Shown piece by piece: positions 31,044 to 42,921 of a stretch of 44,727 nt of DNA. Where the stretch lies: positions 1 through 44,727 of the forward strand of contig CAWHCQ010000036.1 of NCBI GenBank assembly GCA_963827755.1. Reading direction: 5' to 3'. The notes below the pieces were generated by a model, which saw only the letters and a program-made list of their open reading frames with translations, searched no databases and was not told the origin of the DNA. The stretch is from an uncultured Gammaproteobacteria bacterium. GTDB lineage: Bacteria; Pseudomonadota; Gammaproteobacteria; UBA9214. How positions within the stretch are numbered: the stretch's first letter is position 1; every line of letters begins with the position of its first letter. The position numbers were made by a program, and so were the translations under genes.

Positions 31044-31444
31044 TTACCACCCGGTTTTTTTCACGCCGCCCTTCTCGAAGGGACGCCGGTCTTTGATCCA
31101 TTGCTGAAAAGCCCCCTCGAGATGATAGAGGTTGTCGATACCATTGGCATAGAGCACCGGTTCAGCCTCGCGGGTGCGTGAACCGTTGATGCAATAAATC
31201 AGCATCGCCGTTCTCGTGCTCCAGTTCATGAGGGCGCGCCTAGAGCTACCGGCTGATGGGATGTTGATTGCGCGGGTATCTGCGCGACCGAATTCCTGCG
31301 GCGCGCGCAGGTCTACGACCAGCGGCGCAGTTCGATGTCCAGTCTTGCCTGGAGCTCGGCGGGCAACATGACCGGCGACAGATAGTCATCGGCCTGTACC
31401 AGCAGTGGTAGCAGTAATAGTGCAGCAGACTGTGCAGATTCCAT
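31044..31444 (-). CDS. Exported rhodanese-like protein (frameshifted)
   Basis: LIYCINGSRT active-loop-like motif; LYHLEGAFQQW; signal-like LLLPLLVQA. Confidence 0.65.
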
Positions 31445-31651
31445 TTGATCACTCGCTGTTTGCTCACGGATCTCTCCCGCATGAGCTAATAAAGCCGTCT
31501 TGTCGGAGCGCGCCATCCCTCGGCGCGAGGGTACTGGAACACCCTCGCGGCCAGGAGGCTGCTCCTGCGGTTTGAACATCATCAGCTGTGCCCGGTTCCG
31601 TTTTCCGCATATGCCGATGCGTAGAGGCGGATTCTCCTGCGCCGGCGTTAG

Positions 31652-33196
31652 TTACTGCGTCGGCCGAGGTGGCGTGACAAACTTCTGCAGTTCCTCCAGA
31701 CGCTGCTCGGTCACCGAGCCGGGCTCTCTTCGCCTTCTCGGCCAGCTGCCCGACCATGTCGGCCTCCTGCTGCGCCAGCTGCGATGATCCTGTCCTGGTA
31801 GACCTCGACCTTGAAATCGTTTTTTCTCAGGTTGACCGTGTATTCATTGAGTTTGGCATGAATGTACTTGCGCCGCGCCTCCTTGCGGGTGGCCGCCTCG
31901 TCGAGGCTTTCACGCTGCGCGTCGCGCACATCCTGCACGGTCATCAGGTGCCATTCCTCGCCGACCTGAACCGGGCCACCGATCTCACCCGGCCCGAGCG
32001 AAAACACCACCTCCTGCAGCCCGGGCAGTACCTTGCCCTTCTGTACCCAGCCGATCTCGCCCAGGTCCTTCTTGGCATCGGGCACGATCGAATGCCGCGA
32101 TGCCGCCTCGTACATGGTCATCTCCCCGGTTTCGATCCTGCGCTTGATGTCCTTCGCCTCTTCCTCGGTTGCCAGCACCACCATCTGCACCTTGCGGAAT
32201 TCGGGTATGGTTATCATGCTTTTGTTCGCGGTGAAAAATTCTTCCAGCTCGGCATCGCCCGGCTTCCATCTCGCGCGCGAGACTGTCGCGGTGAATATTG
32301 ATCAGACGGGTCTTTTTGTACTCGTTCAGCCGTGCCTGATACACCCGATCCTGATCGAGGCCGGCGGCACGCGCCTTCTGCGCCATCAGGCGGGTATCGA
32401 TTTCGCGCTGCAGGACATGCAGCCGGGCGTCCATTTCCATGGCGAGGGGATTCTGTGAGTCGCGGCGATGCCGGCCGCAATCAGCATGCCGCCGATCTCA
32501 CCCCAGGTGATCGTTTCTTCCCCGATTTCGGCGACCGACGACATCGTCAGCTCGCCCGTCATCGCCTTCCGGCTGGAAATTATTCTGGTAGACCGTGACG
32601 TCGATGCCCTCGCGCAGCTGTTCGCGCTGGCCGGCCCGCCGTGCCTCGAGTTTTTGCTTGCGCAGTACCGATTCGATCTGCATGCGGGCCTCGGGGGTGA
32701 ATTCCGTACCGGGTGCGACCGACTGCTTGAAGTAGGTCTCGATTTCTTCATCGCTCACCGAGACGTCGCCCAGCTGCTTGAGCAGATACAGTTCTGCCAG
32801 CATCCCGCGGGTCAGGCGCCCGAGGTCGTCCCGGTATTGGGGTTCCTTATCCACGCCTTTGCGCAGCGCATCCAGATAGATCAGGTTGGCATCGACGATC
32901 TTGTCCAGCAGGGTGATGCGCACCGTATCACGCTCCGGTGTACCCAGGGCAGGGATGGAAAGCCCGACCACGGCGGCACTGTTGAGCATGATATTGATCT
33001 CGCCGAAAGTGATTTCCTGGTCGCCGACACGGGCGATGACATCATTGATTGCCGCGTTGGCGGCCGGTTTCACGCTATCCGCCACGGCCTTCGGGCGCTC
33101 GGCAGCGACTGCGGCCGGTTCTTTGGAGCAGGCCGCCAGTTGCAGGGCAAGCGGGAGCACGGTTGACAGGATGGCTAGACGAATCGGGTAAATCAT
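31652..33196 (-). CDS. PpiC/SurA-like peptidyl-prolyl isomerase lipoprotein (several frameshifts)
   Basis: Lipobox LAAC; VIARVGDQEIT; EAASRHS...GEIGWV...VFSLGPGEIGGPV. End is approximate. Confidence 0.75.
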
Positions 33197-33344
33197 GAGG
33201 GTTGCCTCGCAATAATTATTGATCTGGTTGACGCTCTTGTAATGACACCATTAGATGCTCACAGTTCGCATTCATCGGCGCCCGGATGCTGCCATTCTAA
33301 CCCGTCATCGGAATGACAGATAGGCCAACCGGTGGCCGAAATAT

Positions 33345-33610
33345 GTAGGTTGGGCAAAGGAGCGCAGCGACGTGCCCAACAGTGCGAACCTCATTGTTGG
33401 GCACGCTGCGCTTTGCCCAACCTACATTTTCCGGTCGTAGCGGCGGAACCTCCATTGCCCATCCGTGCCGCCTGCTTGCAAGCGTGTCTTGTTGCCCTGT
33501 AGGAGCGGCCTCCTGCCGCGAGGACGGGATGCACGGCGTACCTCCATCCTTCCGGCGCATCGCTTCAACGGACAGGATGTCCTCCGTCACTGGCAGCGGC
33601 CATGCCGCGA
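33345..33610. repeat. GTAG-family REP-like palindromes
   Basis: GTAGGTTGGGCAAAG...GTGCCCAACA / TGTTGGGCAC...CTTTGCCCAACCTAC (33345-33425); GTAGGAGCGGCCTCCTGCCGCGA (33499); GCAGCGGCCATGCCGCGA (33593). Confidence 0.7.
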
Positions 33611-33631
33611 TGTACCTCCATCCCTGGAGGC

Positions 33632-33671
33632 AAAAAAAGGGAGGGGAAGTAAACCTTCCCCTCCAGTTTTT
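33632..33671. terminator. Bidirectional rho-independent terminator
   Basis: A7, then GGAGGGGAAG-taaac-CTTCCCCTCC, then a T-run; just downstream of the large cytochrome gene. Confidence 0.8.
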
Positions 33672-33707
33672 GGGTTGTACCGCTCCCCGCAGGGAGCGGA
33701 TTACACG

Positions 33708-36700
33708 TTACCAGCCGCAGGTCGAACCGCCGTTCTGCGTCTCGGAGATGAACTCCCAGGTCTTCTCGGCAATGCGGCCCTGGATCAGGTGGTTCTTCCA
33801 GGTGGTGTTGTCGCAGGTTGCGAGGGTCAGGAAGCGCCTGGCTCGGACCACCTTGCAGCGAGTGGCAGGCGGTGCAGACCGTGTTGGCGATCTGCAGTGC
33901 CGTGCGATCGGGGATGCCGTCACCGTTGGTGTCGGGATCGCCGGCCACGTAGCCCAGGTGCTCGATCTCGGCCTTGTCCTGGATCTTGCGACCGATGCGG
34001 CCGAAGTACGAGTGGCGCAGCCACTTGCCCTTGTTCTCGGCGATCTTGTTGCTTCGGTCACCGTGGCAGTTCTGCACACGCCGCCATCCTGCAGCACGCT
34101 GGCATTGTCGGTGAAGGTATGCGCCCAGGAGACCGCGTCCTCGTAGGTCGTTGACGCTCGAGCCGTTGTATTTCACCTTGCTCATCCACACCGGTACGCC
34201 ATTGCTGTTGACCTCGTGGCAGGTGGCGCACTTCAGCGGACCGTGCGAGCCATCCGGGTTGAGGGAGGCCGCCTGCGCATAAGACGTGCGTGTCGATGGT
34301 CGGGGACACGGGATAGAGACCGTGGATCGACTCGTGACAGGACTGGCAGGTCAGGTCCTGGTGACCGCGCGAGTAGCGCATCAGGCTGGCCTTGCGCGGG
34401 TAGTTGAACGGCGGGTACGGGTTGAGGTTGCCGCTCTGCTCGGTGTACGGTGCCGCATGGCAGTCCGCACAGTGCGGTTCACCCGGCGCCAGCCAGTGAT
34501 CACGGCCGTCGGTGGCCGCATCGAACGGTACCGGGGCGGCGATACTGCCGTTGCCTTCGGCGTCCAGCGTGGCCTGGGCAACTGCAACACAGTCCGGCGT
34601 GGTGCAGAAGTCGAGGATGCGTACGCTCGGGTCACCGGCACCGGCGACCGCGCCGCCCGGATCGCCGTCGAAGTCAAGACAGGCATAGCACACCGAAGCG
34701 CGGCACCGGAACGGGAAGCGTGGACCGCAACCGGTGGACCGGCGCTGACTTCGATGGTCGCCACGTTGGCATCCGGGTTGGCTACCACATCCGGGTTCCA
34801 GATGGAGTGGGTGAAGTCACCCTCGCCGTTGGTATCGGTCGGATCCAGCCAGGCGATGACCTTGGCCTCGTGACACCGGATTCTAAGCGCAGCGGCGATG
34901 GCCGCCAGGCGTCGGCAGTGCACGTATATTGACTGCATCGGTGACCAGATCGGCTTCCTTACCCGGGACGTTATTGATCAGGTCGACCATGTTCTCGGCA
35001 GCCCATATCGACTGGCCCAGCTGGTTGTGGCAGTTGGTGCACCAGAGACCGCGGTTATCGGCATCGCTGCCGGCCAGTCCGGCCTGGTTGTTGTACACGT
35101 TGTCGGACAGCCACTGGCCGACCGCGTTCAGGTACTCGGGCGTCTCCGCCCCGTCGACGTCCTTCAGCGGGTTGGAGTGCACGTCACGGCCGACGAAGCA
35201 GCCACCGAGCGCCAGGCGGTTATCACTATCGGCCTGGTAGTTATCACCGTCCAGGGTGATCGGGTAACCGTCGGTAACACCGTCGGAGCGGTGCGCCGGG
35301 TGACAACCCTGGCAACCGCCGTCACGGCCGAGACCGTCGGAGAAGGAGATCAGGCCACCCTCATCGGTGCCGCGGTGATTCCAGTGGATCGCCTCGGTGA
35401 TGGGCTGGATGATCTGGCGCGTGCCCGGACCGGTGTCATCAGGACACAGCACGGTGGAGCTCGGATCAACCTTGCAGCCGGACTTGACCACGGCGATGAC
35501 GTTGTCGGCGTGGCACTTCTGGCAGACCACGCTCTCGAAGCCAAGGCGGGTGTTCTGCGGGATCACACCCTGCTCTTCCTGACCCGGGTAGTTCTGCGTG
35601 AACACGGTACCGTTCTCGTCGTCGTGCAGCGCCATCATGTTGATGGCCGCGGCCTTCAGCCGGGCGTACCAGTCGCTGTCATCCGGCGTGAGGGTGTAAT
35701 AGGCATACCAGTACTGGTACTCGACGTCGGTCAGGCCTTCGAGGTCATAGCCCGGTGCGCCCACGGATCGCCGAAGGGGTTGGGACCGTCCGCACGTTTC
35801 TGGTAGCTCGGGCTGTTGACGTTCGGGTCTCCGGTCACCGGGTTGATGGCCGGTGCCGAGTGGCAGCGCTCGCAGTTCGGGATGTCGATCGGCGCCGTGC
35901 CGAAGCCGATCACCGGCTGGCCGTTGCTGCCAACGACCGCGTTGCCCGAGGGATACTCGTGCAGGGCCGCCTTCATGGCGACATACGGCCGGATCGTGTC
36001 CTCGTCCACCGCACCGGGATCGACCGAAGAAGTTGATGCTGTCCTCGAACGGCGTCAGCGGCAGGCCGAGGGCCTCCCAGATGCGCGGCGAGGTCAGCAT
36101 GACCGGCAGGTTCTCCAGCACCTTCATCTGGGTGTAGACCACGGTGCCGGTGTCGGTGGAGAAGGTCAGCACATTGTCGAACGCGCTGACGTTGCCCTCC
36201 GGGCCCAGCGGATGCAGCGCTGCGCCGACGTTCTTCGGGTACTCGACCATGCCCTGCACACCGAGGCGGATCTTGTCGGCCTCGTGGCTGGTATTGCCTT
36301 CAGGTTGCCGGCCGGTGTCGGATGCCCTCAGGTCGGCATAGATATAGAAGTGGTTCAGCCAGGCATTGGCGTAGTTGTCGGTCGGGTCATCGAAATCACC
36401 GTCACCCTGCCAGACGCCATAGGCTACCGCCGGCCAGGCCGTCCGCGTAGAGCCGTAGATCAGCTGACCATCAGGTCCAATCGCGGCCGAGTCGGCGCGG
36501 GTGCCGTGATACAGCAGCGAGTTGCCCTCGGCGTCACTGATCAGGGTCTGCCGGGATCGTCGGCTTGCCCTGGCCCTCGACGCGCGGTTGCGCATCGTGG
36601 TAGTACTTGACCTGGTAGCGCTTGAAGTTACCGCGCCGTCGAGCGACAGGTCGCGCAGCACCGTTTCGCGGCAGCAGGCCGCCCCTCGGTGTCGGACGCA

Positions 36701-37920
36701 TCCAGCAGGCGCGGGAAGGCCGCGGCCGGGTTGGACGGATTGCGTCCGTTCGGCGTCGGGATGGTCTGCGGCTTGGTGATCTGCGCCACGATGGAGTTAT
36801 AGGGCGGCAGCACGCAGCAGTAGGCGAACTCGAAACCGGTGCAGTGCATGCCCAGCTCGTAGTTCATGGTCATCTTGTAGTCCGGCTGGTCGGACAGGAT
36901 CTGCACGGACACGATCGCGGGGGCGGACAGGTCGCCCAGGGCATCCTGCGCCTGGTAGGTGAAGGTGTCGACCTGGTTGTCGACCGCGCCGCCAGGCGGC
37001 GTGTAGTTGAACGAACCGTCCGCGTTCAGGGTCACGCTACCCTGGGTACCAGCGGTATCCAGGTTGACTGCCGTCAGCGGCCCCGTGCCGCCGAAATCGT
37101 TGTAGAGCACACCCGAAACCCGCGAAGCCGCGACGTTCAGGGTCTTGCCGATCGGGGTGGCATAGGTGTCGCCGCGGGCGGTCGGACCCGCACCGGCAAC
37201 CGCGATGGTCGTGGTCACCGCATCGCTCTGCGCCTGGCCGGCATGGTTGACGTTATCGCTGGCGGTCACGGTGGAGGTGAGTGCGTCGCCGTCGGCCCCG
37301 TGTTGTTGCCGGTGACGGTCAGGGTTGCCGTGGTATTGGGGCACCCGGTGCCACGCTGACTGACCCGGCTGACAGGCTCGAGGGCAGGCTGAAGCTGCCG
37401 GTATCACCCGTTTCGCTGTCGATCGCCAGGTTGAAGCTCGGGTCGGGCAGGACGCGGTGTCGTTGTTGGTGACGCTCAGCGTGTACACGGCCGAGCCATC
37501 GGGTGCGATGGTCTGGTCGGCGCCCATGCTGAAGGTTGGCGGGTTATAGGTACACTGACCGCCGCAGGGCGTCCCGGTGACGGGGATGGTCGGGCTGACG
37601 ACACCGTCCTGCCGGGCGAATACATTTTCAGCGCAAGTGGAGGTGCTGATCGCCCAGCGGTGATTTTTCTTGACCGTGGTGTCCGTGCCAATGACGGCGC
37701 CGGTGGCGGCATCCACCAGTTGAACCGGTCCACCGGGCGGTATTTGTTCGGCCCGGCCATTGGCGGTCAGGGTAATACCGTCCCAGTCGGCGTTGTGGAT
37801 GCTCACGCCGCCGTCGTGGCGGGCCATGCGCATGCCCGTGGTGAAAACCAGAACTGTAGCGGTACCCACGACCAGGGCCAGGACCTTTTGCGCGATACGT
37901 GCTAGTGAAGTTAAGTACAT
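33708..37920 (-). CDS. About 1400-aa exported multiheme cytochrome c with N-terminal Ig-like domains (multiple frameshifts)
   Basis: SD GGAGG; signal peptide; Big_9-like GSVTLNADGSFNYTP...DTFTYQA; NYELGMHC...CCVLPPYN; CERCH, CQKCH, CQGCH, CTNCH, CADCH, CQSCH, CATCH, CTACH plus one CxNCH broken by an indel, spread over successive frames. Confidence 0.8.
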
Positions 37921-38030
37921 GACCACTCCTCCCGATATTTTTTAGTACGGCTCCGTTCCCCTTGCAGCTTGCCCCTTGGGAAATGGGCCGGTGCTTTAAC
38001 ATTACAAATTTGAATTCTGTTATATGACCA

Positions 38031-38046
38031 AGCAACATTCAGGCCA
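38031..38046 (-). promoter_or_regulatory. Sigma54 -24/-12 promoter of the large cytochrome gene
   Basis: Minus strand TGGCCTGAATGTTGCT (GG-N10-GC); IHF-like AATCATGAACTTA at 38063-38075. Confidence 0.75.
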
Positions 38047-38110
38047 TCCGGGCACATAGACGTAAGTTCATGATTCATTTAACACGCGGCGCGGATCACC
38101 TTCTGACCCA

Positions 38111-38169
38111 TGCGACAATTGTCATGCGGTACTGACATCATTGTCAGTGACTGACTGACAGAACTGTCG
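38111..38169. promoter_or_regulatory. Putative enhancer: three TGACA-N4-TGTCA-like boxes
   Basis: TGCGAcaatTGTCA (38111), TGACAtcatTGTCA (38133), TGACAgaacTGTCG (38156); 22-23 bp apart. Confidence 0.65.
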
Positions 38170-38226
38170 ATAACCGACCGGCTGTTTCGGGATACACTGC
38201 AGGGTATGGGCGGAGCCCGGGATGCC

Positions 38227-38851
38227 ATGAAACTTCACTTACCCCTGCTGCAATCAACAAGCCTCCAGGGCGGTCCGCCGCGCCGGCAAGCCGGGCGCCT
38301 GAAAAAAACCACCCGTTATTTTTCAGGCCTGCTGCTCGCCACCCTGCTCTGGCAGGCAACGCCCGTGTTGGCGGGTGAACTGGAGGCCTACCCGGACGCA
38401 GGCCCGACACCGGAACTGGCACTCAAGGATCTTGGTGGTAACACCCACACGCTGGACGCTTACCATGGACAGGTGGTACTGCTGAATTTCTGGGCCACGT
38501 GGTGCCCGCCCTGCCTGATCGAGATGCCGGCCATGCAGCGCCTGCAGGCGGCGTTCCCGGAGACGGCATTCAGCATTCTTGCCGTCAATGTGAAGGAATC
38601 ACGGGAAAAGGCGTGGCGCTTCCAGAAACTGCTGGATGTGAATTTTACTGTGTTGCTGGATAAATCCGGGCAGGCTGCAGAGGACTGGAATGTGGCCGTC
38701 TATCCGACCAGTTACCTGATCGATACAAACGGGGCGTGTGCGCCATGTGGCCTACGGGGCACTGGACTGGGACAGTGCAAAGGTAATACGGGCGATCGAA
38801 CGTCTGCGGGAAGATAATCGGCAGCCACTGCTGACCACGACGACAAGGTAA
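38227..38851 (+). CDS. TlpA/ResA-like thiol-disulfide oxidoreductase (frameshift near 38735)
   Basis: LLNFWATWCPPC; YPTSYLID; the C-terminus GALDWDS is in the shifted frame. Start is uncertain. Confidence 0.85.
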
Positions 38852-38938
38852 CACTCGTCTATAGGTGTGTTTGTGGAGAAAGCCCCGTTACAGGTTCCCC
38901 GCAAGGACGAAGATTTCAGGACTTCCCGGCATCCCCGC

Positions 38939-40321
38939 TCAACCCAGCGCGTAGCGTTTGAGCTTGCGGTACAGCGTGCGTTCACTCACACCCAGTGCCG
39001 CCGCCACCTGCTTGCGGTTGCCGCCATGCTGCTGCCAACAGCCGGTTGATGTGCTGCGCCTCCACGTCATGCAGTGTCGCCGCCATCGGTTCCGGTGCAG
39101 GTGCCGCTGGCGTGACGGCCGCTTCCCTGGCCCGGGATGGACAGGGCTGTTTCTTCGTAGTGCGCATGCACCTGCATCACCTCATCGATCGCTACGGCAT
39201 CGATTTCGCCGCTCTTGCTGTGCGTCGCGGCAATGGACAGGATATTGCGCAGTTCGCGCACATTGCCCGGGTAGTCGTACTGCTTGAGCCGTTCCAGCGC
39301 GTCATCGGTCAGGCTGTAGTGGCGCGACATGGCGCTGCTGATCGGTTCCAGCAGATTGGGTGCCAGTAGCTGGATATCGTCAATGCGTTCCCGCAGCGGC
39401 GGCAAGCGCACCGCCAGACAGGCAATGCGGTAGTACAGATCCTCGCGAAACCGGCCGGCCTTGACATGATCCCAGAGGTGCCGGTTGGTGGCGCAGACAA
39501 TGCGCACATCGGCCTTGCGATTGCTGCGGCCGCCGACCCGGCGGTACTGCCCGCTCTCCAGCACCCGCAGCAGCTTTGCCTGCTGCGACATTGGCAGCTC
39601 ACCCACCTCGTCCAGGAACAGGGTGCCGCCATCGGCCTGTTCGAACAGCCCGATGCGCTCTCCCACGCTGCCGGTGAAGGCACCACGCACGTGGCCGAAC
39701 ACCTCGGACTCGAACAGCGACTCGGTCAGCACGGTGCAGTCCACGGTCAGAAACGGCTGGCCACTGCGCGGTGAATTGTGGTGGATGTAATTGGCGGCCA
39801 GTTCCTTGCCGGTGCCGGTCTCCCCCTGCAGCAGCACCGGCGCCTGTGCGGCCGCCACCATCTTCAACTGGTCCATGCAGGCCGTAAACGCCGGTGTCTT
39901 GCCCACCATGCGCCGGCCATTGAGGCGCCGCTCATCGCGGGGCCGATATTTCCTGGATCAGTTCGCCCATATACAGCTCACCATTACTGCCATGCAGCGG
40001 ATAGGCGGTGACCCGTACCTGGCACATGCGGTGGTTCACGTCGTAGTGAATATGCACGCAGGAGTCCTGCTGGCCGGTTTCAAACAGGTTCAGGTGCGGG
40101 CAGTCCTCGCCGGACTCATGGCAGGGTGCGTCGTTATTGTGGCTGACCTTGTAGCACGGCTGCCCGACGGCCTGCTCCCGGCTGACCCCGAAAGCGCGTT
40201 CATAGGCGCTGTTGACGGCCATGATGCGGTAATCGTTGTCGATCACGACGAACGGCTGTTGATGACTCTCAACCAGTGACTGCAAATCGATTGCTGAGGT
40301 TTTTGTGTTTTTGAGTGCCAT
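38939..40321 (-). CDS. PAS-domain sigma54-dependent activator with Fis-type HTH (frameshifted)
   Basis: PAS-like N-terminus (39932-40321); GETGTGKE, GAFTGS, LFLDEVGE, PGNVREL; GVSERTLYRKL. Confidence 0.88.
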
Positions 40322-40394
40322 GATATGCCCCCCGGCATATTTTGCGTTTGCTGCGCATCTCCCCTGGTCCAGGTCTGGCAAGGGATGCTGCTTA

Positions 40395-40450
40395 TGACAA
40401 TAGTGTCTCTAACCTGACGTTAAGCAGATTATGAACTGACATAATTGTCA
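40395..40450. promoter_or_regulatory. TGACA-N4-TGTCA boxes upstream of the activator gene
   Basis: TGACAatagTGTCT (40395) and TGACAtaatTGTCA (40437). Confidence 0.6.
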
Positions 40451-40621
40451 TGTCTTTGACCTGGATCATGGAAAAGACAGCCTGCCTGACATGTGTGCTG
40501 CCAGAGGGTTCTTTTCTCCTGGCTGGCATGACGTTAGGGTTCGATATATCAATGCCCTGCGTGCCGGCCTCCATGAGGGCGGCCGGGCGAAAGCTGGGCA
40601 GGTAAAGCTGGCGACAGGCTC

Positions 40622-42379
40622 CTAGGGGACCCTGCTGTCGATGTTCAGCTCGATGGGCTGTGCGGCGCCCGGCACAACGGGTGTCACCAGTCCCTGCAGA
40701 TCACCGCTTCGCGGCATGGCCGTGCCCGATTTTGAAATCCGCGCGCCCACCGCGACCTTGTCGAAGTTCGACAGCTTCATACCCGGCGCCATGGCCGTCG
40801 AGTCATCCAGCGTTACCGTGAGCGGCAGATCGCTGACCTGTTTGCGCACAATGGCCAGCGGCATGCGTGGCCCGCTGACTGCACGTGCGAAAATAAACAG
40901 CGTGTCTTCAGGTGCGGCAGCGGCCGCGACCTGCGGGTCCAGGGTAATGCGGACGGTAATGGCCTTGCCAGCGGCAGCCACAGCCTTCACGGCTGCCGTC
41001 GGCTGAGTGGCCTCGACCACCTCGCCGGGCGCGAGGTGTCCCCGGGCCTGGCGGATCTGCTGGGCAATCACCGGGGCGTCTTCACCGTCGGGCGGCAGCT
41101 GTTCGGCAGCACGCTGCCAGTAGCGAATCGCACCGGCATAGTCACCCTGCTGGTTTTTCCAGTGGCCGGCCAGCCACAGGGCCTTGATATTGTCGGGATC
41201 GGTTTCCAGCGCCTGCATCAGCAAGGCACCCGCCTGGTCGGTGAATCCCCGGCCATTGGCCATCACCAGGGCATCGGCATAATCGGCCAGCAGGTCGGCA
41301 TTGTCACCGACAAGCCGGTGCGCCCTGGCGTAGGCCACGGCGGCATCGTCGTATCGCTGCAGTGACGTGTAACTGCGCCCCAGCATCACCCAGCCCTCGG
41401 CATTGTCCGGCTCCTGCTGCATGCGCTCGGCCAGGCGCTGCACCATTTCCTCGAGCGAAGGCGCGGCAGCGGCCGGCGGCGTCGACTGCCTTGGCGCAGG
41501 TGTGCCAACATTGGCAAGCAGCGGAATGATTTGCTGGGTCCCGATATAGTGATAGAGACCGATCGTTAGTCCCGGGATCAACACGACCAGCAGCAGCGCT
41601 GCCCAGCGGCCACTGCGCTCCCTCGCCTCGCCGTCCTCTGTCGATGCAGCCGAAAGATCGCTCAACAGCTCACGTTCCAGGTCCTCGCATGCCGCAAGAT
41701 ACTGGGCCTCGTCGAGCCGGCCGTTGTCGAGGTCGGACTCCAGTTCGGCGAGTTGCGCCTTGACCACTGCGGTATTAACGGCATCCAGGTCGGTGTCCGG
41801 CTGCCGCTGGCTGCGCAACAGCGCGGGCAGCACGAACAGCAACGCGACAATGAGCATGATGCCCGCCAGCCACCAGAAGACGGTCACGTGTCTTTTCTCC
41901 TGTTTGCCGTGGTCCGGCTTGCCGAGCAGCGCATCCAGGCGTGCGCGCTCCGCGACAGAGATCGCGGCCGCCGGCGCCTGACGCTGGCGGCGCAGCGCGC
42001 GCAGCAGCACCAGGGCGGCGATGGCCAGCAATACAAAGGGCCCGAACCAGATGAGCCAGGTGGCCGGCTTCACCGGCGGATTGTAGAGTACGAAATCGCT
42101 GTAGCGCTCGACCAGGAAGTCGATGATCTGCGCGTCACTCTGCCCTTGCTGGACCATGGCGTAGACCTCGGCGCGCAGGTCGTGCGCCAGCTCGGCATCC
42201 GAATCGGCCAGCGACTGGTTCTGGCAGACCAGGCAGCGCAACTCCGCCAGCAGGTCCTTGAAGTGCTGCTCCTCGGCCTCGGTCGCGAAGGTGAAGGACT
42301 CCAGCGTGGACGCGGCCGGCAGCGGGGTCGCAGCAAGCAACAGCCACACGGTAAGCAGTGCAGGAAGTAGTCGTTTCAT
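40622..42379 (-). CDS. ccmH: CcmH-CcmI (in-frame as given; internal GTG start at 41887)
   Basis: LRCLVCQNQSLADS; CcmI TM segments, TPR region and C-terminal GPRMPLA Ig domain. Confidence 0.85.
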   Translation of the reverse strand: MKRLLPALLTVWLLLAATPLPAASTLESFTFATEAEEQHFKDLLAELRCLVCQNQSLADSDAELAHDLRAEVYAMVQQGQSDAQIIDFLVERYSDFVLYNPPVKPATWLIWFGPFVLLAIAALVLLRALRRQRQAPAAAISVAERARLDALLGKPDHGKQEKRHVTVFWWLAGIMLIVALLFVLPALLRSQRQPDTDLDAVNTAVVKAQLAELESDLDNGRLDEAQYLAACEDLERELLSDLSAASTEDGEARERSGRWAALLLVVLIPGLTIGLYHYIGTQQIIPLLANVGTPAPRQSTPPAAAAPSLEEMVQRLAERMQQEPDNAEGWVMLGRSYTSLQRYDDAAVAYARAHRLVGDNADLLADYADALVMANGRGFTDQAGALLMQALETDPDNIKALWLAGHWKNQQGDYAGAIRYWQRAAEQLPPDGEDAPVIAQQIRQARGHLAPGEVVEATQPTAAVKAVAAAGKAITVRITLDPQVAAAAAPEDTLFIFARAVSGPRMPLAIVRKQVSDLPLTVTLDDSTAMAPGMKLSNFDKVAVGARISKSGTAMPRSGDLQGLVTPVVPGAAQPIELNIDSRVP

Positions 42380-42387
42380 CGAGGTAA

Positions 42388-42921
42388 TCAGGATTTCAGT
42401 TCGGCAATCAGTGGCAGCAGCTGCTGCTGCAGTACCTCGGTGGTCAACGGCCCGATGTGCTTGTGGCGGATAATACCCTGCCGGTCGATGACAAAGGTTT
42501 CCGGGGCGCCGTAGACGCCCCAGTTGATCCCGACCCGGCCGTCCTCGTCGAAGGCATTGGCCACGTAGGGGTCACCCAGCTGGCGCAGCCAGCGCTGCGC
42601 ATCGGCGCGGTTGTCCTTGTAGTTGAGTCCGTAAATCGACACCTGCCCGGTGCGCGCCAGTTGCAGCAGGACATCGTGCTCGGCACGGCAGGAGACACAC
42701 CAGGTCGCCCAGATATTCAGCACGCTGACCTCGCCCCTGATATCGGTATCACTGATGGTGGTATTGGCATCATCGAGACGCGTCAGCGTAAAGGCCGGCA
42801 TGGGCTTGCCCACCAGCGGCGACGGCACCAGCTTCGGATCGAGACCAAGGCCGCGGAACAGCAGGACAACGAGTACGGCGAAGATGCCCAGCGGCACCAG
42901 GTAGCGCAGGTAACGCGCCAT
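42388..42921 (-). CDS. ccmG: Cytochrome c maturation thioredoxin CcmG/DsbE
   Basis: NIWATWCVSCRAEH; GVYGAPETF. Confidence 0.93.
   Translation of the reverse strand: MARYLRYLVPLGIFAVLVVLLFRGLGLDPKLVPSPLVGKPMPAFTLTRLDDANTTISDTDIRGEVSVLNIWATWCVSCRAEHDVLLQLARTGQVSIYGLNYKDNRADAQRWLRQLGDPYVANAFDEDGRVGINWGVYGAPETFVIDRQGIIRHKHIGPLTTEVLQQQLLPLIAELKS

Noticed and set aside
33708-37920. Programmed frameshifting or phase variation in the large cytochrome
   Set aside because: No slippery or homopolymer tracts were noticed at the shifts, and housekeeping genes nearby show the same errors.
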